NCBI GenBank assembly: GCA_014379075.1
Contig: JACMMN010000138.1
Location: 1-33,406, forward strand
Origin: Pyrinomonadaceae bacterium
GTDB taxonomy: Bacteria; Acidobacteriota; Blastocatellia; Pyrinomonadales; Pyrinomonadaceae
Reading direction: 5' to 3'
DNA length: 33,406 nucleotides
A program made the position numbers and the translations under genes. A model generated the notes under the pieces. The model saw nothing but the letters and a program-made list of their open reading frames with translations, made no database searches and was not told where the DNA came from. Below are positions 19,251 to 28,600 of this stretch, one piece after another (the stretch's first letter is position 1; each line of letters starts with the position of its first letter).

Positions 19251-20040
19251 CGATTACGTAAACCGTCCTAACCAGGATACGGTCTCATTATCGAACGGAT
19301 TATATGCCGATTCGTTCAAAGTTTCACTCAAAGCCAACAATTTGCAGAAGACTTACGGAAGACGACGCGTGGTCGATGATGTTAGTATCAGTGTTCGGCA
19401 AGGTGAGGTCGTCGGCTTACTGGGAGCTAACGGGGCTGGGAAAACGACGACTTTTTACATGATGGTTGGGCTTGAAAGGTCCGAGCTTGGAAATATTTCT
19501 CTAAATGGGCAAGATGTTACAAGCCTTCCTATGTATTTGCGGGCGCGGCTCGGACTCGGTTATTTGCCTCAAGAGCCTTCGATCTTTCGCAAAATGTCCG
19601 CCGAGCAGAATATTCTGGCCGTATTGGAAACCACAAATTTGAGCCGGCTAGAACGTTTTGAACGATTAGATGAACTTCTGGATGAATTCGGCATTTCACA
19701 TGTTCGCAAAATTCGGGGTGATGCACTATCGGGCGGGGAACGCCGACGCGTAGAAATTGCCCGCTGTCTCGCGACCGAACCACAGTACATCCTGCTCGAC
19801 GAACCTTTTGCAGGCATCGATCCGCTTGCGATCGATGATATTCGCGAGATCATTTTGTATTTGAAACAACAGGGAATCGGCATTTTGATTACAGATCATA
19901 ATGTGCGGGAAACGCTGGGTATTACCGATCGAGCCTATATTATGGCAGAGGGCCAAATTTTACGAAGCGGGAATCCAGATGAGCTTGTCAAAGATCCGGA
20001 TGTCAGGAGATTGTATCTAGGTGAACGCTTCACTCTGTGA
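19240..20040 (+). CDS. lptB: LPS export ABC transporter ATP-binding protein LptB
   Basis: 266 aa with Walker [14 protein letters not shown], signature [13 protein letters not shown], Walker [13 protein letters not shown] and the C-terminus RRLYLGERF typical of LptB. It carries an N-terminal extension of about 25 aa relative to E. coli LptB. Confidence 0.95.
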   Translation: MTSNDYVNRPNQDTVSLSNGLYADSFKVSLKANNLQKTYGRRRVVDDVSISVRQGEVVGLLGANGAGKTTTFYMMVGLERSELGNISLNGQDVTSLPMYLRARLGLGYLPQEPSIFRKMSAEQNILAVLETTNLSRLERFERLDELLDEFGISHVRKIRGDALSGGERRRVEIARCLATEPQYILLDEPFAGIDPLAIDDIREIILYLKQQGIGILITDHNVRETLGITDRAYIMAEGQILRSGNPDELVKDPDVRRLYLGERFTL

Positions 20041-20052
20041 GGCGTCTTTTTT
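20025..20052 (+). terminator. Candidate intrinsic terminator/attenuator overlapping the lptB stop codon
   Basis: The stem pairs acgcttca (20025-20032) with tgaggcgt (20038-20045), 8 bp including one G-U, around the loop ctctg. It is followed by cTTTTTT (20046-20052) and more T-rich sequence. Confidence 0.5.
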
Positions 20053-20134
20053 CCTTTTTCCTTGAAAAAGCCGTATAATTGAATAAGATAAATCGCATAG
20101 GTTAAGAGCGTAAAGGTTCGATAAACTATTCATT

Positions 20135-21715
20135 ATGTCGTCATTAAGACTCACACACAGTCTTCAGCAAAAAATGATTCTAACCCCGCAACTGCGGCAA
20201 CGAATTGAGATGCTGCAGATGACATCGTTGGAACTGAACGAACTGATCGAGCAGGAGATCGTTGCTAATCCGATTCTTGAAGAAGTCCAATCGGGTGATG
20301 AAGTGCAGGAAATTTCTGATAACATCCTCGACCAAAATGCAGATGGGATTTCTGAGGGTTTGGACAAAGCTCCCGATAGCGAACCAAGAGCCCAAGTTGA
20401 TAGTTTAACTGAATACGAGGCTGGTAACGATTCGTTCACACCTGAAAAGCCTTCAGAAAATGGCTTCGATGAAAAAAGCGATGTTGATTTCGAAACCGGA
20501 GATGAAACTTTTCAGGAACGCTCCGACTCATTCGAGGAAATAGACTACGGCCGTGAATTTCAGGACTATCTCGATCCAGGATATCGGACCCAGGAAATCG
20601 AATACAAAGACGATGCTCCAAGTTTCGAGCAGTTTTTGTCGCACACACCATCGCTGAGTGAGCACCTTGAATGGCAGCTGACCATGCTGCAAATCACTGA
20701 AAAACTAGATGAAGCGGCAATTTGCATTATCGGAAATCTGGATGACGAAGGTCGTTTGACTGCGAGTATCGAAGACATCGCATCCATGTCCAACTGTTCC
20801 TTGGAAACTGCCGAGAATGCGCGTCAAATTGTTATGAATTTGGAGCCGGTGGGCTGCGGGGCATTGGATGTTAAGGAATGTCTTTTGGCCCAGTTGACAG
20901 CAAATGGTGAGGGGGAAAGTCTAGCTGCGGACTTGGTGCGCAATCATCTTGAGGATCTGCAGCCGCACCGTTTGCAGCATTTGGCCAAGGACACCGGAAT
21001 GGATGTCCACGACCTTGACGAAGAAATTAATAAGATAAGGATTCTGGATCCTTATCCGGCAAGAAAATATTCGGCCGAAGACGCGATATTTGTAGCTCCC
21101 GAGGTTTATGTTGAAAAGATTGAAGGCGAATATGTCATTTACTTTACCGATGACGGCGGCCCGCGGCTTCGCATAAGCCCGACCTACCATCAATTGCTCG
21201 ATCAAACCGAAACCTCCAAGGAAGCCAAGGATTTTATAAAGGAAAAGGTCCGCTCCGCGGTCGACCTTTTAAGGAACATCGAGCATCGGAGACAGACGAT
21301 ATACAGGGTCGTCGAATGTATCGTCGATCGCCAACGTAAATTTCTGGATAATGGCGTCGAATTTATAAAGCCCATGATGCTCAAAGATGTTGCGGAAGAT
21401 ATAGGAATGCATCTTTCGACGATCTCTCGCGTCGTTAACAGAAAATATGCGCACACGCCCCAGGGTGTCATTGAACTTCGCCGTTTCTTCAGCGAAGGTA
21501 TGATGAATGAGGAAGGCGAAGAGGTTTCGACACGGATATTGAAGTTGCGAATAAAAAAAATGGTCGAGGATGAGAATTCGAAAAAGCCTATGACCGATGA
21601 GGAGATCGCGAAAGTATTGAGTAAAGAAGGAGTGAAATTATCAAGACGGACCGTCGCTAAATACCGCGATCAAATGAGTATTCCGGGATCGCGTGAACGT
21701 AAGACGGTAATTTAA
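20135..21715 (+). CDS. rpoN: RNA polymerase sigma-54 factor RpoN
   Basis: 526 aa. N-terminal region I (LTPQLRQRIEMLQMTSLEL), a long acidic region II, an HTH, and an RpoN box (SRRTVAKYRDQMSIP). Confidence 0.97.
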   Translation: MSSLRLTHSLQQKMILTPQLRQRIEMLQMTSLELNELIEQEIVANPILEEVQSGDEVQEISDNILDQNADGISEGLDKAPDSEPRAQVDSLTEYEAGNDSFTPEKPSENGFDEKSDVDFETGDETFQERSDSFEEIDYGREFQDYLDPGYRTQEIEYKDDAPSFEQFLSHTPSLSEHLEWQLTMLQITEKLDEAAICIIGNLDDEGRLTASIEDIASMSNCSLETAENARQIVMNLEPVGCGALDVKECLLAQLTANGEGESLAADLVRNHLEDLQPHRLQHLAKDTGMDVHDLDEEINKIRILDPYPARKYSAEDAIFVAPEVYVEKIEGEYVIYFTDDGGPRLRISPTYHQLLDQTETSKEAKDFIKEKVRSAVDLLRNIEHRRQTIYRVVECIVDRQRKFLDNGVEFIKPMMLKDVAEDIGMHLSTISRVVNRKYAHTPQGVIELRRFFSEGMMNEEGEEVSTRILKLRIKKMVEDENSKKPMTDEEIAKVLSKEGVKLSRRTVAKYRDQMSIPGSRERKTVI

Positions 21716-21759
21716 CGGCACTTGGTGAACGGGTGCCGCTGGAAATTAAGGGGGAATTT

Positions 21760-22293
21760 ATGATTTTTGAATACACGGGAAGACATATCGACGTGACACC
21801 AGCCCTGAGATCGCATGCCGAAGAACATTTCGTCAGAATCGACCATGCCTTGAACGGGAAGGCGACAAAGGCTCACATCATTCTCGAAGTAGAGCGGGGC
21901 AGGCATCGCGCAGAGGTAATAGTGAATTGGAACGGTGACGTTTTAACGGCTGCAACCACCAATCCGGATATGTACCAATCGCTGTCGCAGACTATCGATA
22001 AGATCGAGAAACAGGCGCTTAAATTGAAAGAAAAAATTATCGATAAATATCATCGGGCCGAGAAAAAGAATGCAGTTTTCCTCGGTCAGGATCAAGAGGT
22101 TATGCCTCCCCCGGCGATCCGGCAGATCATCAGCGAAGATCATAAATCGGTAAAACCGGTTACGGCGGAAGAAGCCGCCTTGCTCCTGGAAGACCAAGAT
22201 CGTAATTTTCTGGTGTTTCGCAATTCAGAGAATGAACGGATTTCGGTTATATACAAGAGAAATGATGGAAACTACGGGTTAATTGAACCATAG
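21760..22293 (+). CDS. hpf: Ribosome hibernation promoting factor, long form
   Basis: The ORF is open from 21733, but ATG 21760 is preceded by a strong SD, aaggggg (21748-21754). MIFEYTGRHIDVTPALRSHAE is the typical HPF/YfiA N-terminus. A C-terminal extension is present (FLVFRNSENERISVIYKRNDGNYGLIEP). Confidence 0.92.
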   Translation: MIFEYTGRHIDVTPALRSHAEEHFVRIDHALNGKATKAHIILEVERGRHRAEVIVNWNGDVLTAATTNPDMYQSLSQTIDKIEKQALKLKEKIIDKYHRAEKKNAVFLGQDQEVMPPPAIRQIISEDHKSVKPVTAEEAALLLEDQDRNFLVFRNSENERISVIYKRNDGNYGLIEP

Positions 22294-22473
22294 AGAAATT
22301 TCGATATTTTGGGTTGACATCGGCGTAGCACCCAATGCCCTTACCGATGTGACACATAGAAACGATGCTCTTTTATTCAACTAAAAGCGCGGAAATTTGT
22401 ATTGCCGTGTTAGGCTTTTGATTAAGATCATTAAGTAGTAAATCCTCTTGGTTCCCAAGTAGTCACCTGCAAT

Positions 22474-23370
22474 ATGGCGAAGCATTCAACCGCGAATACT
22501 CAGCTTCCCGGCTTTGTTATAATTACCGGCCTGAGCGGATCGGGAATGAGTTCTGCGACAAACGCATTCGAAGATCTAGGCTATTTTTGTGTGGATAACC
22601 TTCCGCTTACGATACTCTCGACGTTTGCTCGCCTTTTAGTTCCGAATGAGGAAGATGTCGCGGCTATTGAAAAAGCGGCTTTGGTAATAAATATTCGCGA
22701 ACGCCATTTTCTCTCGGAATTCCCCGGGGAACTGAAGAAACTCAATAAAAAAAAACTTGCACCATATGTAGTTTTTTTCGAGGCGTCAGACAATGTTTTG
22801 CAGAGGCGATTTTCCGAGACGCGCCGGCCCCACCCGGCTGATGCCGGAAAAGGGCTTCTTGCAGCTATACGAGCCGAAAAGAAAGCTTTGAAAGAGATCG
22901 AATCTTTAGCGGATCTGATCATCGACACGTCAGAACATACTGTTCATACACTTCGACGCCTTATCCTTGAAAAATTCAGCCGCTCATCCGATTTGTCGCC
23001 CTTGAAGGTTCAAATTTTAAGTTTCGGCCATAAATACGGGAACGCACGCGACCTCGACCTGCTTTTAGACGTCCGGCACCTGCCTAATCCTTATTTTGTT
23101 AAATCTCTAAAAGATTTTACCGGCGAACATCCGAAGATCGTAAAATTTCTCGAACAGCACGAAGAGGTTCGCGAGACTATCTCACGATTTGGAGACCTCT
23201 TAAGTTATTTACTGCCTTTTTATCAGAAGGAAGGAAAGTCATATCTCACGATCGGCGTAGGATGCACCGGCGGAAAACACCGTTCCGTAATGGTCGCCAA
23301 TATGCTCCGAGATGGGTTAAAGAAAGCGAATTTCGACGTTTCGGTTGTTCACCGCGATGTGCAAAAATAG
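22474..23370 (+). CDS. rapZ: RNase adapter protein RapZ (YhbJ family P-loop protein)
   Basis: 298 aa with VIITGLSGSGMSSATNAFEDLGYFCVDNLP, HLPNPYF and GCTGGKHRSV. Confidence 0.94.
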   Translation: MAKHSTANTQLPGFVIITGLSGSGMSSATNAFEDLGYFCVDNLPLTILSTFARLLVPNEEDVAAIEKAALVINIRERHFLSEFPGELKKLNKKKLAPYVVFFEASDNVLQRRFSETRRPHPADAGKGLLAAIRAEKKALKEIESLADLIIDTSEHTVHTLRRLILEKFSRSSDLSPLKVQILSFGHKYGNARDLDLLLDVRHLPNPYFVKSLKDFTGEHPKIVKFLEQHEEVRETISRFGDLLSYLLPFYQKEGKSYLTIGVGCTGGKHRSVMVANMLRDGLKKANFDVSVVHRDVQK

Positions 23371-23410
23371 AAGTCATAGCCGTTTTTCCTTTACTTAAAT
23401 CCAAGATCAT

Positions 23411-23836
23411 ATGAAAAGAGTAGGCGGAGTAATTGTTTCACACGGACAGCTCGCAAATGAACTTCTTGCTGCGGCAGAGACGGTCGTTGGCGAATTGAGC
23501 CACATTACTGCTGTGTCGATCGGATGGCATGACGATGTGGAGATCGCAAAAGAAGAGATCGAACGCGCCATAAAAAATGTTTCAGAAGGCATCGGAGTGT
23601 TGGTTATGACGGACATGTTTGGTGGAACGCCAACCAATATTTCTGCTATGTTTCTAAAAGAAAACGAGGTTGAGATCGTGACGGGCGTGAATCTTCCGAT
23701 GGTTATTAAGCTGGCGTCGCATTCGCAGGAAACAAGTCTTAGCGATCTGGCAAAAGATGTCGAAGAGCAGGGCAAGCAATCCATTTATCGAACAAGTGCC
23801 TTGCTCGAACCGCAAAAGTTGAAAAAAGATGCGTGA
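23411..23836 (+). CDS. PTS EIIA component, mannose/fructose/sorbose (EIIA-Man) family
   Basis: 141 aa. It aligns by eye with the E. coli ManX N-terminal domain: VIVSHGQLANELL (phosphorylatable His), GVLVMTDMFGGTPTN, EIVTGVNLPMVIK. Confidence 0.85.
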   Translation: MKRVGGVIVSHGQLANELLAAAETVVGELSHITAVSIGWHDDVEIAKEEIERAIKNVSEGIGVLVMTDMFGGTPTNISAMFLKENEVEIVTGVNLPMVIKLASHSQETSLSDLAKDVEEQGKQSIYRTSALLEPQKLKKDA

Positions 23837-24101
23837 GGGAACCGTAAGGATCATCAATCCGCTGGGCCTTCACGCTCGGGCAGCGGCCCAATTGGTCCGG
23901 TTGGCAGACGGATTTAATAGCCAAATAATAATTAGACGCTCCGACAATAATGCGTCTGCCAATGCAAAATCAATTCTGAGCGTATTGACCCTGGCGGCGT
24001 CGATAGGGACGATATTGATATTAAGCGTAGAAGGTGTCGACGAGGAAAACGCGTTCGCTGCGATTGATAATATCTTTAAAGGTGGGTTTGGTGAGATTTA
24101 G
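23829..24101 (+). CDS. ptsH: Phosphocarrier protein HPr/NPr
   Basis: 90 aa. NPLGLHARAAA places the active His at residue 15. A conserved AKSILSVLTL region retains the regulatory Ser. Its start overlaps the EIIA stop by 8 nt. Confidence 0.9.
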   Translation: MREGTVRIINPLGLHARAAAQLVRLADGFNSQIIIRRSDNNASANAKSILSVLTLAASIGTILILSVEGVDEENAFAAIDNIFKGGFGEI

Positions 24102-24108
24102 CTGATTT

Positions 24109-25065
24109 ATGGAATTAAATATAACATCGCGAAAGGGTAAAAAAGTTGGCATAATTGGCGTGCCTCTCGGATTCGGGGCTGGGCAAACGGGTAGTGAACT
24201 TGGAGTTGAAGCGATGCGTCTGTCCCGGGTTCGCGGCGAGTTTTTGCTGGGTCATATTCAGCAACTGGGTTACGAAGTTAAGGACTATGGTGATGTCGAT
24301 ATTGTAAAACCGCAGCGTAATTCTGACGAAAATGAGAATCCCAGGTTCTTACCGGAAATACTAGAGTCGTGCAGGAATATGACTTCGGCTGTAAAGAATA
24401 TTCTGGCGGACAATGCTTTCCCTGTGATTCTCGGCGGCGACCATTCGATCGCAGTTGGGACATTTTCGGGCATTGCGTCTCATTTCCGTAAGCAAAGTAA
24501 GGATGTAGGACTGATCTGGTTCGATGCTCATGCGGATATAAATACCCCGGAGACATCGCAATCCGGTAACGTCCATGGTATGCCACTTGCGGTAATTTTG
24601 GGACAGGGAAATAGTGAACTTGTTAATATCGAGGGCTTTTCACCAAAGCTTAAAGCAGAATACTGCGCGCATGTCGGGGGACGTGACCTTGACGCGGGCG
24701 AGCAACGCAGAGTTCACGAGCTTGGACTTCGGGATAATTTTTTCACGATGAGTGACATCGACAAGCGGGGAATGCTAGCCTGTGTAGAGGATGCGATTCG
24801 CATCGCATCACAAGCGTCCGGAGGTTATGCGGTTACCTTCGACGTGGATATGATAGATCCGAGATTTGCGCCTGGTTCTGGCACGCTTGTCCGCGGTGGA
24901 GCGACCTACCGGGAAGCTCATCTTGCCCTGGAAGTTATCGCGGAACATGGCGGCATGAGGAGTTTCGAGATCGTCGAGGTAAATCCGATGCTGGACCAAA
25001 GCAATATAACCGTCGAACTGGCCTGCGAACTCATTCTATCGGCGCTCGGAAAAACAATTTTATAA
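24109..25065 (+). CDS. rocF: Arginase (ureohydrolase family)
   Basis: 318 aa, close by eye to Bacillus RocF: LGGDHSIAVGT, WFDAHADINTPETSQSGNVHGMPLA, DVDMIDPRFAPG, EVNPMLD. Confidence 0.85.
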   Translation: MELNITSRKGKKVGIIGVPLGFGAGQTGSELGVEAMRLSRVRGEFLLGHIQQLGYEVKDYGDVDIVKPQRNSDENENPRFLPEILESCRNMTSAVKNILADNAFPVILGGDHSIAVGTFSGIASHFRKQSKDVGLIWFDAHADINTPETSQSGNVHGMPLAVILGQGNSELVNIEGFSPKLKAEYCAHVGGRDLDAGEQRRVHELGLRDNFFTMSDIDKRGMLACVEDAIRIASQASGGYAVTFDVDMIDPRFAPGSGTLVRGGATYREAHLALEVIAEHGGMRSFEIVEVNPMLDQSNITVELACELILSALGKTIL

Positions 25066-25139
25066 CTTTTCAACCGGTCTTTTTTCTGATCAAACGAAAA
25101 ATGAACCTCGGTTCTTAACCGGTGTCAAAACAAACGGTT

Positions 25140-25145
25140 TATAAT
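25140..25145 (+). promoter_or_regulatory. Candidate -10 box upstream of ddl
   Basis: A perfect TATAAT lies 28 nt upstream of ATG 25174. There is no convincing -35; TTAACC sits at a 19-nt spacing. Confidence 0.25.
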
Positions 25146-25173
25146 ACTTACTCCAGACAGCTTTGTTCAACAT

Positions 25174-26310
25174 ATGAAGATTAAAATGGGCCTTGTTTTT
25201 GGCGGACGGTCAGGTGAGCACGAGATTTCGATCCGCTCGGCTAAGGCCGTTATCGATCAAATCGACAGAGAAAAGTATAGTGTGGTGCCCATAGCCATTA
25301 ACGATGCAGGCAATTGGCTAAATCCAGAAAAATCGCTTGCATTGCTCCCGGAGGAGACTCAGGGACTTTTATCGGCGGAAATAGCCGGATTTCCAGGCGG
25401 ACCGGCGGGGCTTGTCGGTGATCCTAAATATAAAGGTTTGACGTCACTTGATGCCATAAACGGCGGAGATATATCCTTTGCCTTAGATATCGTGTTCCCG
25501 GTCCTTCACGGAACTTATGGTGAGGATGGCACCATTCAGGGATTATTGGAAATGGCAGGCATTCCGTATATCGGATGCGGCGTTGTCGCTTCCGCATGCG
25601 GGATGGACAAGGTCGTGATGAAGACTCTTTTCCGCGAGGCCGGCCTCCCGATATGTAAACACGCCTGGTTTTTGCGGAGCGAATGGGAAAGCAACACCGA
25701 CGGAGTTGTCAGCCAAGTTGAAGCTGCGATCGGTTATCCATGCTTCGTCAAACCGGCTAATCTTGGATCGTCCGTAGGAGTTTCTAGAGCTGAGGATGCT
25801 GATGCTTTGAGGAAATCTATTGGACATGCGGCCGAATTTGATCGAAAAATCATCGTGGAAGAAGCACTAAAGATGCGCGAGATCGAGTGTTCGGTGATTG
25901 GAAATGATGAGCCGACCGCAAGTCTTCCTGGCGAATATCTAATCCGGGACAAAAATAAAACATTTCTCGACTACACCGAAAAATATGCCGGAACCGGAAA
26001 TAATGAATTCGTCGTGCCAGCACCTGTTTCCGAAGAATTGTCCGCAAAAATACAGCAAATGGCGATCGGTGCCTTTAAGGCGATCGACGGTTCGGGACTG
26101 GCGAGAGTCGATTTCTTTTTACGAAGTGATACCGGAACACTGTTGGTAAATGAGATCAATACGATGCCCGGATTGACCGATGCTTCTGGATTTCCAAAAA
26201 TGTGGGCAGGAAGCGGCCTGAATTTTTCTCAGGTGATAGATTCTTTAGTAGACTTGGCGTTCGATCGTCATAGGGATAAATCGCGAAATAAAACTTCGCT
26301 GGAAATTTAA
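25174..26310 (+). CDS. ddl: D-alanine--D-alanine ligase
   Basis: 378 aa with FGGRSGEHEISIRSA, HGTYGEDGTIQGLLE, an ATP-grasp core, and EINTMPG. Confidence 0.95.
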   Translation: MKIKMGLVFGGRSGEHEISIRSAKAVIDQIDREKYSVVPIAINDAGNWLNPEKSLALLPEETQGLLSAEIAGFPGGPAGLVGDPKYKGLTSLDAINGGDISFALDIVFPVLHGTYGEDGTIQGLLEMAGIPYIGCGVVASACGMDKVVMKTLFREAGLPICKHAWFLRSEWESNTDGVVSQVEAAIGYPCFVKPANLGSSVGVSRAEDADALRKSIGHAAEFDRKIIVEEALKMREIECSVIGNDEPTASLPGEYLIRDKNKTFLDYTEKYAGTGNNEFVVPAPVSEELSAKIQQMAIGAFKAIDGSGLARVDFFLRSDTGTLLVNEINTMPGLTDASGFPKMWAGSGLNFSQVIDSLVDLAFDRHRDKSRNKTSLEI

Positions 26311-26356
26311 GCCTACAATTCCGTACATAATTTCCCCGCAAGACATCCAAAGATGA

Positions 26357-27259
26357 CTATTTGATTTTTTCCGCATGATAACCTTTACGGCTTCTGATGG
26401 TGAGATTGGGACGGGCGACTCGTAATTCAATAGCTCGCCATTTTCCGTCTTTACGAATGTTTGCCGGTTGATAACCCAGCGTGTATTGAACACCGAGCTC
26501 ACCCACGATGTTCGCGAAAGCGGCACGCATAGCGGCTCCGCCAGGTGTTGAAACGAAAACACCGCCTGTCTTCTCCGCGAAATTCTTCAGAACTCCTTGA
26601 TTCGTAGATGTTTGCGAAGCAGTAGTATTTATCGCCGACATATCGACCGTGTAAATCAAAGCATTTGCTGCCAAGGCGGCTTTTAGCGCCTTGTCTGCCG
26701 ACCGGCGGCTCATTGTATCCTGCCCGTCAGAAAGAACTATGATCGCCCGTCTTTTTTCCGGCCGCTTACCCAGTTCTTCGGCAGCCTGGAAGATGGCATC
26801 ATTTAATGTTGTCATTCCGTCGGCCTTTAAATCGAATATCTGTTCACTGACATCGCGGCTATTCGAAAACGGCTGCACAAGATGCACTTTCGAATCGAAT
26901 CGATAGATAGCCGCCGTGTCGTTTGCCCGCAATCCGTCGAGAAATCTTATCGCGGCAGCACGGGCCATACTTACCCGTTCTTCCATGCTTCCTGAGGTGT
27001 CTATTAAAAGGACGGCTGCGAATGGTGTTTCTTCAGTAGTAAATACGCTTATTTCCTGCTCGGTCCCGTCCTCGAATATCTTGAAATGTTTTTGAGCCAA
27101 CCCCGATACGTGTTTTCCGGCACCGTCGGAAATTGTTGCGTTTAAGACCACGAGCGAAGAATTGACGCTTATCACTTCATCGTCATCCTGCGAAAACAGG
27201 AATGCCGTTTGAGCGAAAAAGAGAAAGGCGAATAAAGTTATTCGTAATGCGAGAACCAT
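26357..27259 (-). CDS. Secreted von Willebrand factor type A (VWA) domain protein, Acidobacteria-type
   Basis: 300 aa with a signal-like N-terminus (LRITLFAFLFFAQTAFLFSQ) and the MIDAS motif DTSGSM. The overall layout (N-terminal beta region, VWA, C-terminal YTLGY..W..I.L) resembles the VWFA-related family expanded in Acidobacteria (TIGR03436, recalled from memory). Confidence 0.85.
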   Translation of the reverse strand: MVLALRITLFAFLFFAQTAFLFSQDDDEVISVNSSLVVLNATISDGAGKHVSGLAQKHFKIFEDGTEQEISVFTTEETPFAAVLLIDTSGSMEERVSMARAAAIRFLDGLRANDTAAIYRFDSKVHLVQPFSNSRDVSEQIFDLKADGMTTLNDAIFQAAEELGKRPEKRRAIIVLSDGQDTMSRRSADKALKAALAANALIYTVDMSAINTTASQTSTNQGVLKNFAEKTGGVFVSTPGGAAMRAAFANIVGELGVQYTLGYQPANIRKDGKWRAIELRVARPNLTIRSRKGYHAEKIK

Positions 27260-27298
27260 AGACTGAGAGCCCTTAGAAAGGTTTGCCGAAATTAATCC

Positions 27299-27847
27299 TT
27301 ATTGCCTGAGGCGCAGGAAACGCACAAGTTTCAATACCGTATTCGAACTTTGAATGGCAACCACGGAGATGCTGAAACGCGATGTCTTCTTAAGCTCATC
27401 GACCAGTTTAACGGTAGTTGTTTGAAGGTAGGTAAAAGCTTCCTTCAACGTAGAAGGTTTCGACTCCGTAACCGCGGCCAGATCAACGCCTTCGCCATCA
27501 TCATCGCCACCGAGTTCCTTTCGAATCTTAGTGACCAATTTTTCAAGAGCGGCTAATTTCTGCTTATCAGGTTCGGAAATATCCTGGTTTTTCTCAAAAG
27601 CTTCTTCAAGCAGTTTCGACAAAGTGAGAGCATCTTCGCCGCGTTTTAACATTTCCTCGTGGTCTTTTTTTTCTTTCAGTAAACGCTGTTTGGTCAGCAT
27701 TTCAACTACGGTTTTAGTCTCGTGTTCGTTGGACTTTCTCCGATCCGAAGAGGATCGCATAGATGCGTCCGTTTGTCCGAACACGACCGTCCCGGCCGAG
27801 ATAATTATTATCGACAAGAGATATAATTTGAAGAAGTTACCAACCAT
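27299..27847 (-). CDS. Hypothetical secreted, highly charged alpha-helical protein
   Basis: 182-aa ORF with a signal-like N-terminus (FFKLYLLSIIIISAGTVVFGQ), then Lys/Glu-rich helical sequence. It is tightly spaced with its neighbours, and I recognise no family. Confidence 0.55.
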   Translation of the reverse strand: MVGNFFKLYLLSIIIISAGTVVFGQTDASMRSSSDRRKSNEHETKTVVEMLTKQRLLKEKKDHEEMLKRGEDALTLSKLLEEAFEKNQDISEPDKQKLAALEKLVTKIRKELGGDDDGEGVDLAAVTESKPSTLKEAFTYLQTTTVKLVDELKKTSRFSISVVAIQSSNTVLKLVRFLRLRQ

Positions 27848-27868
27848 ACGATCAAATTCTGAATTATT

Positions 27869-28489
27869 TTATTGATCGGTCTTGACGGGGGCATCGAGAG
27901 TGTTGCCGGTAATGCTCTCGACAAGTTTCACAAGGAAATCGTCTTCGGCCAGCCCGGAGCTTCGAACCGTGACCCATTCGGAACCCAAGCCGTTGCCCGA
28001 ACGCCCTTCTACTTTTGCATTTACCGAGACATTATTCTGAATGCCGTCGATCGACTGCACTTCGATAGTTAAAGTGTATTGGGCCCGCGACCAGGCGTTG
28101 TCGGCAAATTCAAGAATGCCGTACCGCCGCAGTTCGTTTTGCGTGGTAACCGGGCCTTTCGCGAAAACAAACGGCTGAGTAATAATTACACCATCCCCTA
28201 ATCGGGACGAAGCTTCGTCGACGGCGATCTTTTTCTCTTTTAGGAGGCTGACTATATTTTCCACCAGGACATCCCGGCGGGCAGTTAACTTATAAGGATT
28301 ATCCAGGCGTTCGCGAACCTGCGTCTTGCCTGCACCCCAGTCGAAAGACCTAGTGGCGTCCGTGCTGCGCGAGGTAACACCTTTGGCTTCATCCTTGATC
28401 GTTTTTGTCTGGGTATCAATCCCTTTTTGGGCATTGAGCAGCGTTGGTAAAAATAGCGTGATGCAGATTGTGAGAAATAGGGTTTTCAT
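27869..28489 (-). CDS. Hypothetical secreted protein
   Basis: 206-aa ORF with a signal peptide-like MKTLFLTICITLFLPTLLNAQ. No family recognised. Confidence 0.6.
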   Translation of the reverse strand: MKTLFLTICITLFLPTLLNAQKGIDTQTKTIKDEAKGVTSRSTDATRSFDWGAGKTQVRERLDNPYKLTARRDVLVENIVSLLKEKKIAVDEASSRLGDGVIITQPFVFAKGPVTTQNELRRYGILEFADNAWSRAQYTLTIEVQSIDGIQNNVSVNAKVEGRSGNGLGSEWVTVRSSGLAEDDFLVKLVESITGNTLDAPVKTDQ

Positions 28490-28600
28490 ATAGCCGATGC
28501 GAATCTAATAAAAAACATTTATACAGAAAATATAACGCAAAACGCAGGATTACGAAAGTTTTGATGAATTAAAAATCTTAATGGTTGTCGAACGCGGCCT

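Noticed and set aside
22747-22755. An A9 homopolymer inside rapZ (AAT AAA AAA AAA = NKKK), with an A8 run in ribD (9780-9787)
   Set aside because: These could be slippage-prone, but they simply encode Lys runs in intact full-length housekeeping genes. There is no out-of-frame alternative ORF or sign of phase variation.
25071-25127. Two copies of AACCGGT (25072-25078 and 25117-25123) flanking an AT-rich hairpin upstream of ddl, as a possible operator pair
   Set aside because: The motifs are short and the stems are only 5-6 bp and AT-rich. Chance occurrence is likely and nothing can be tested within this window.
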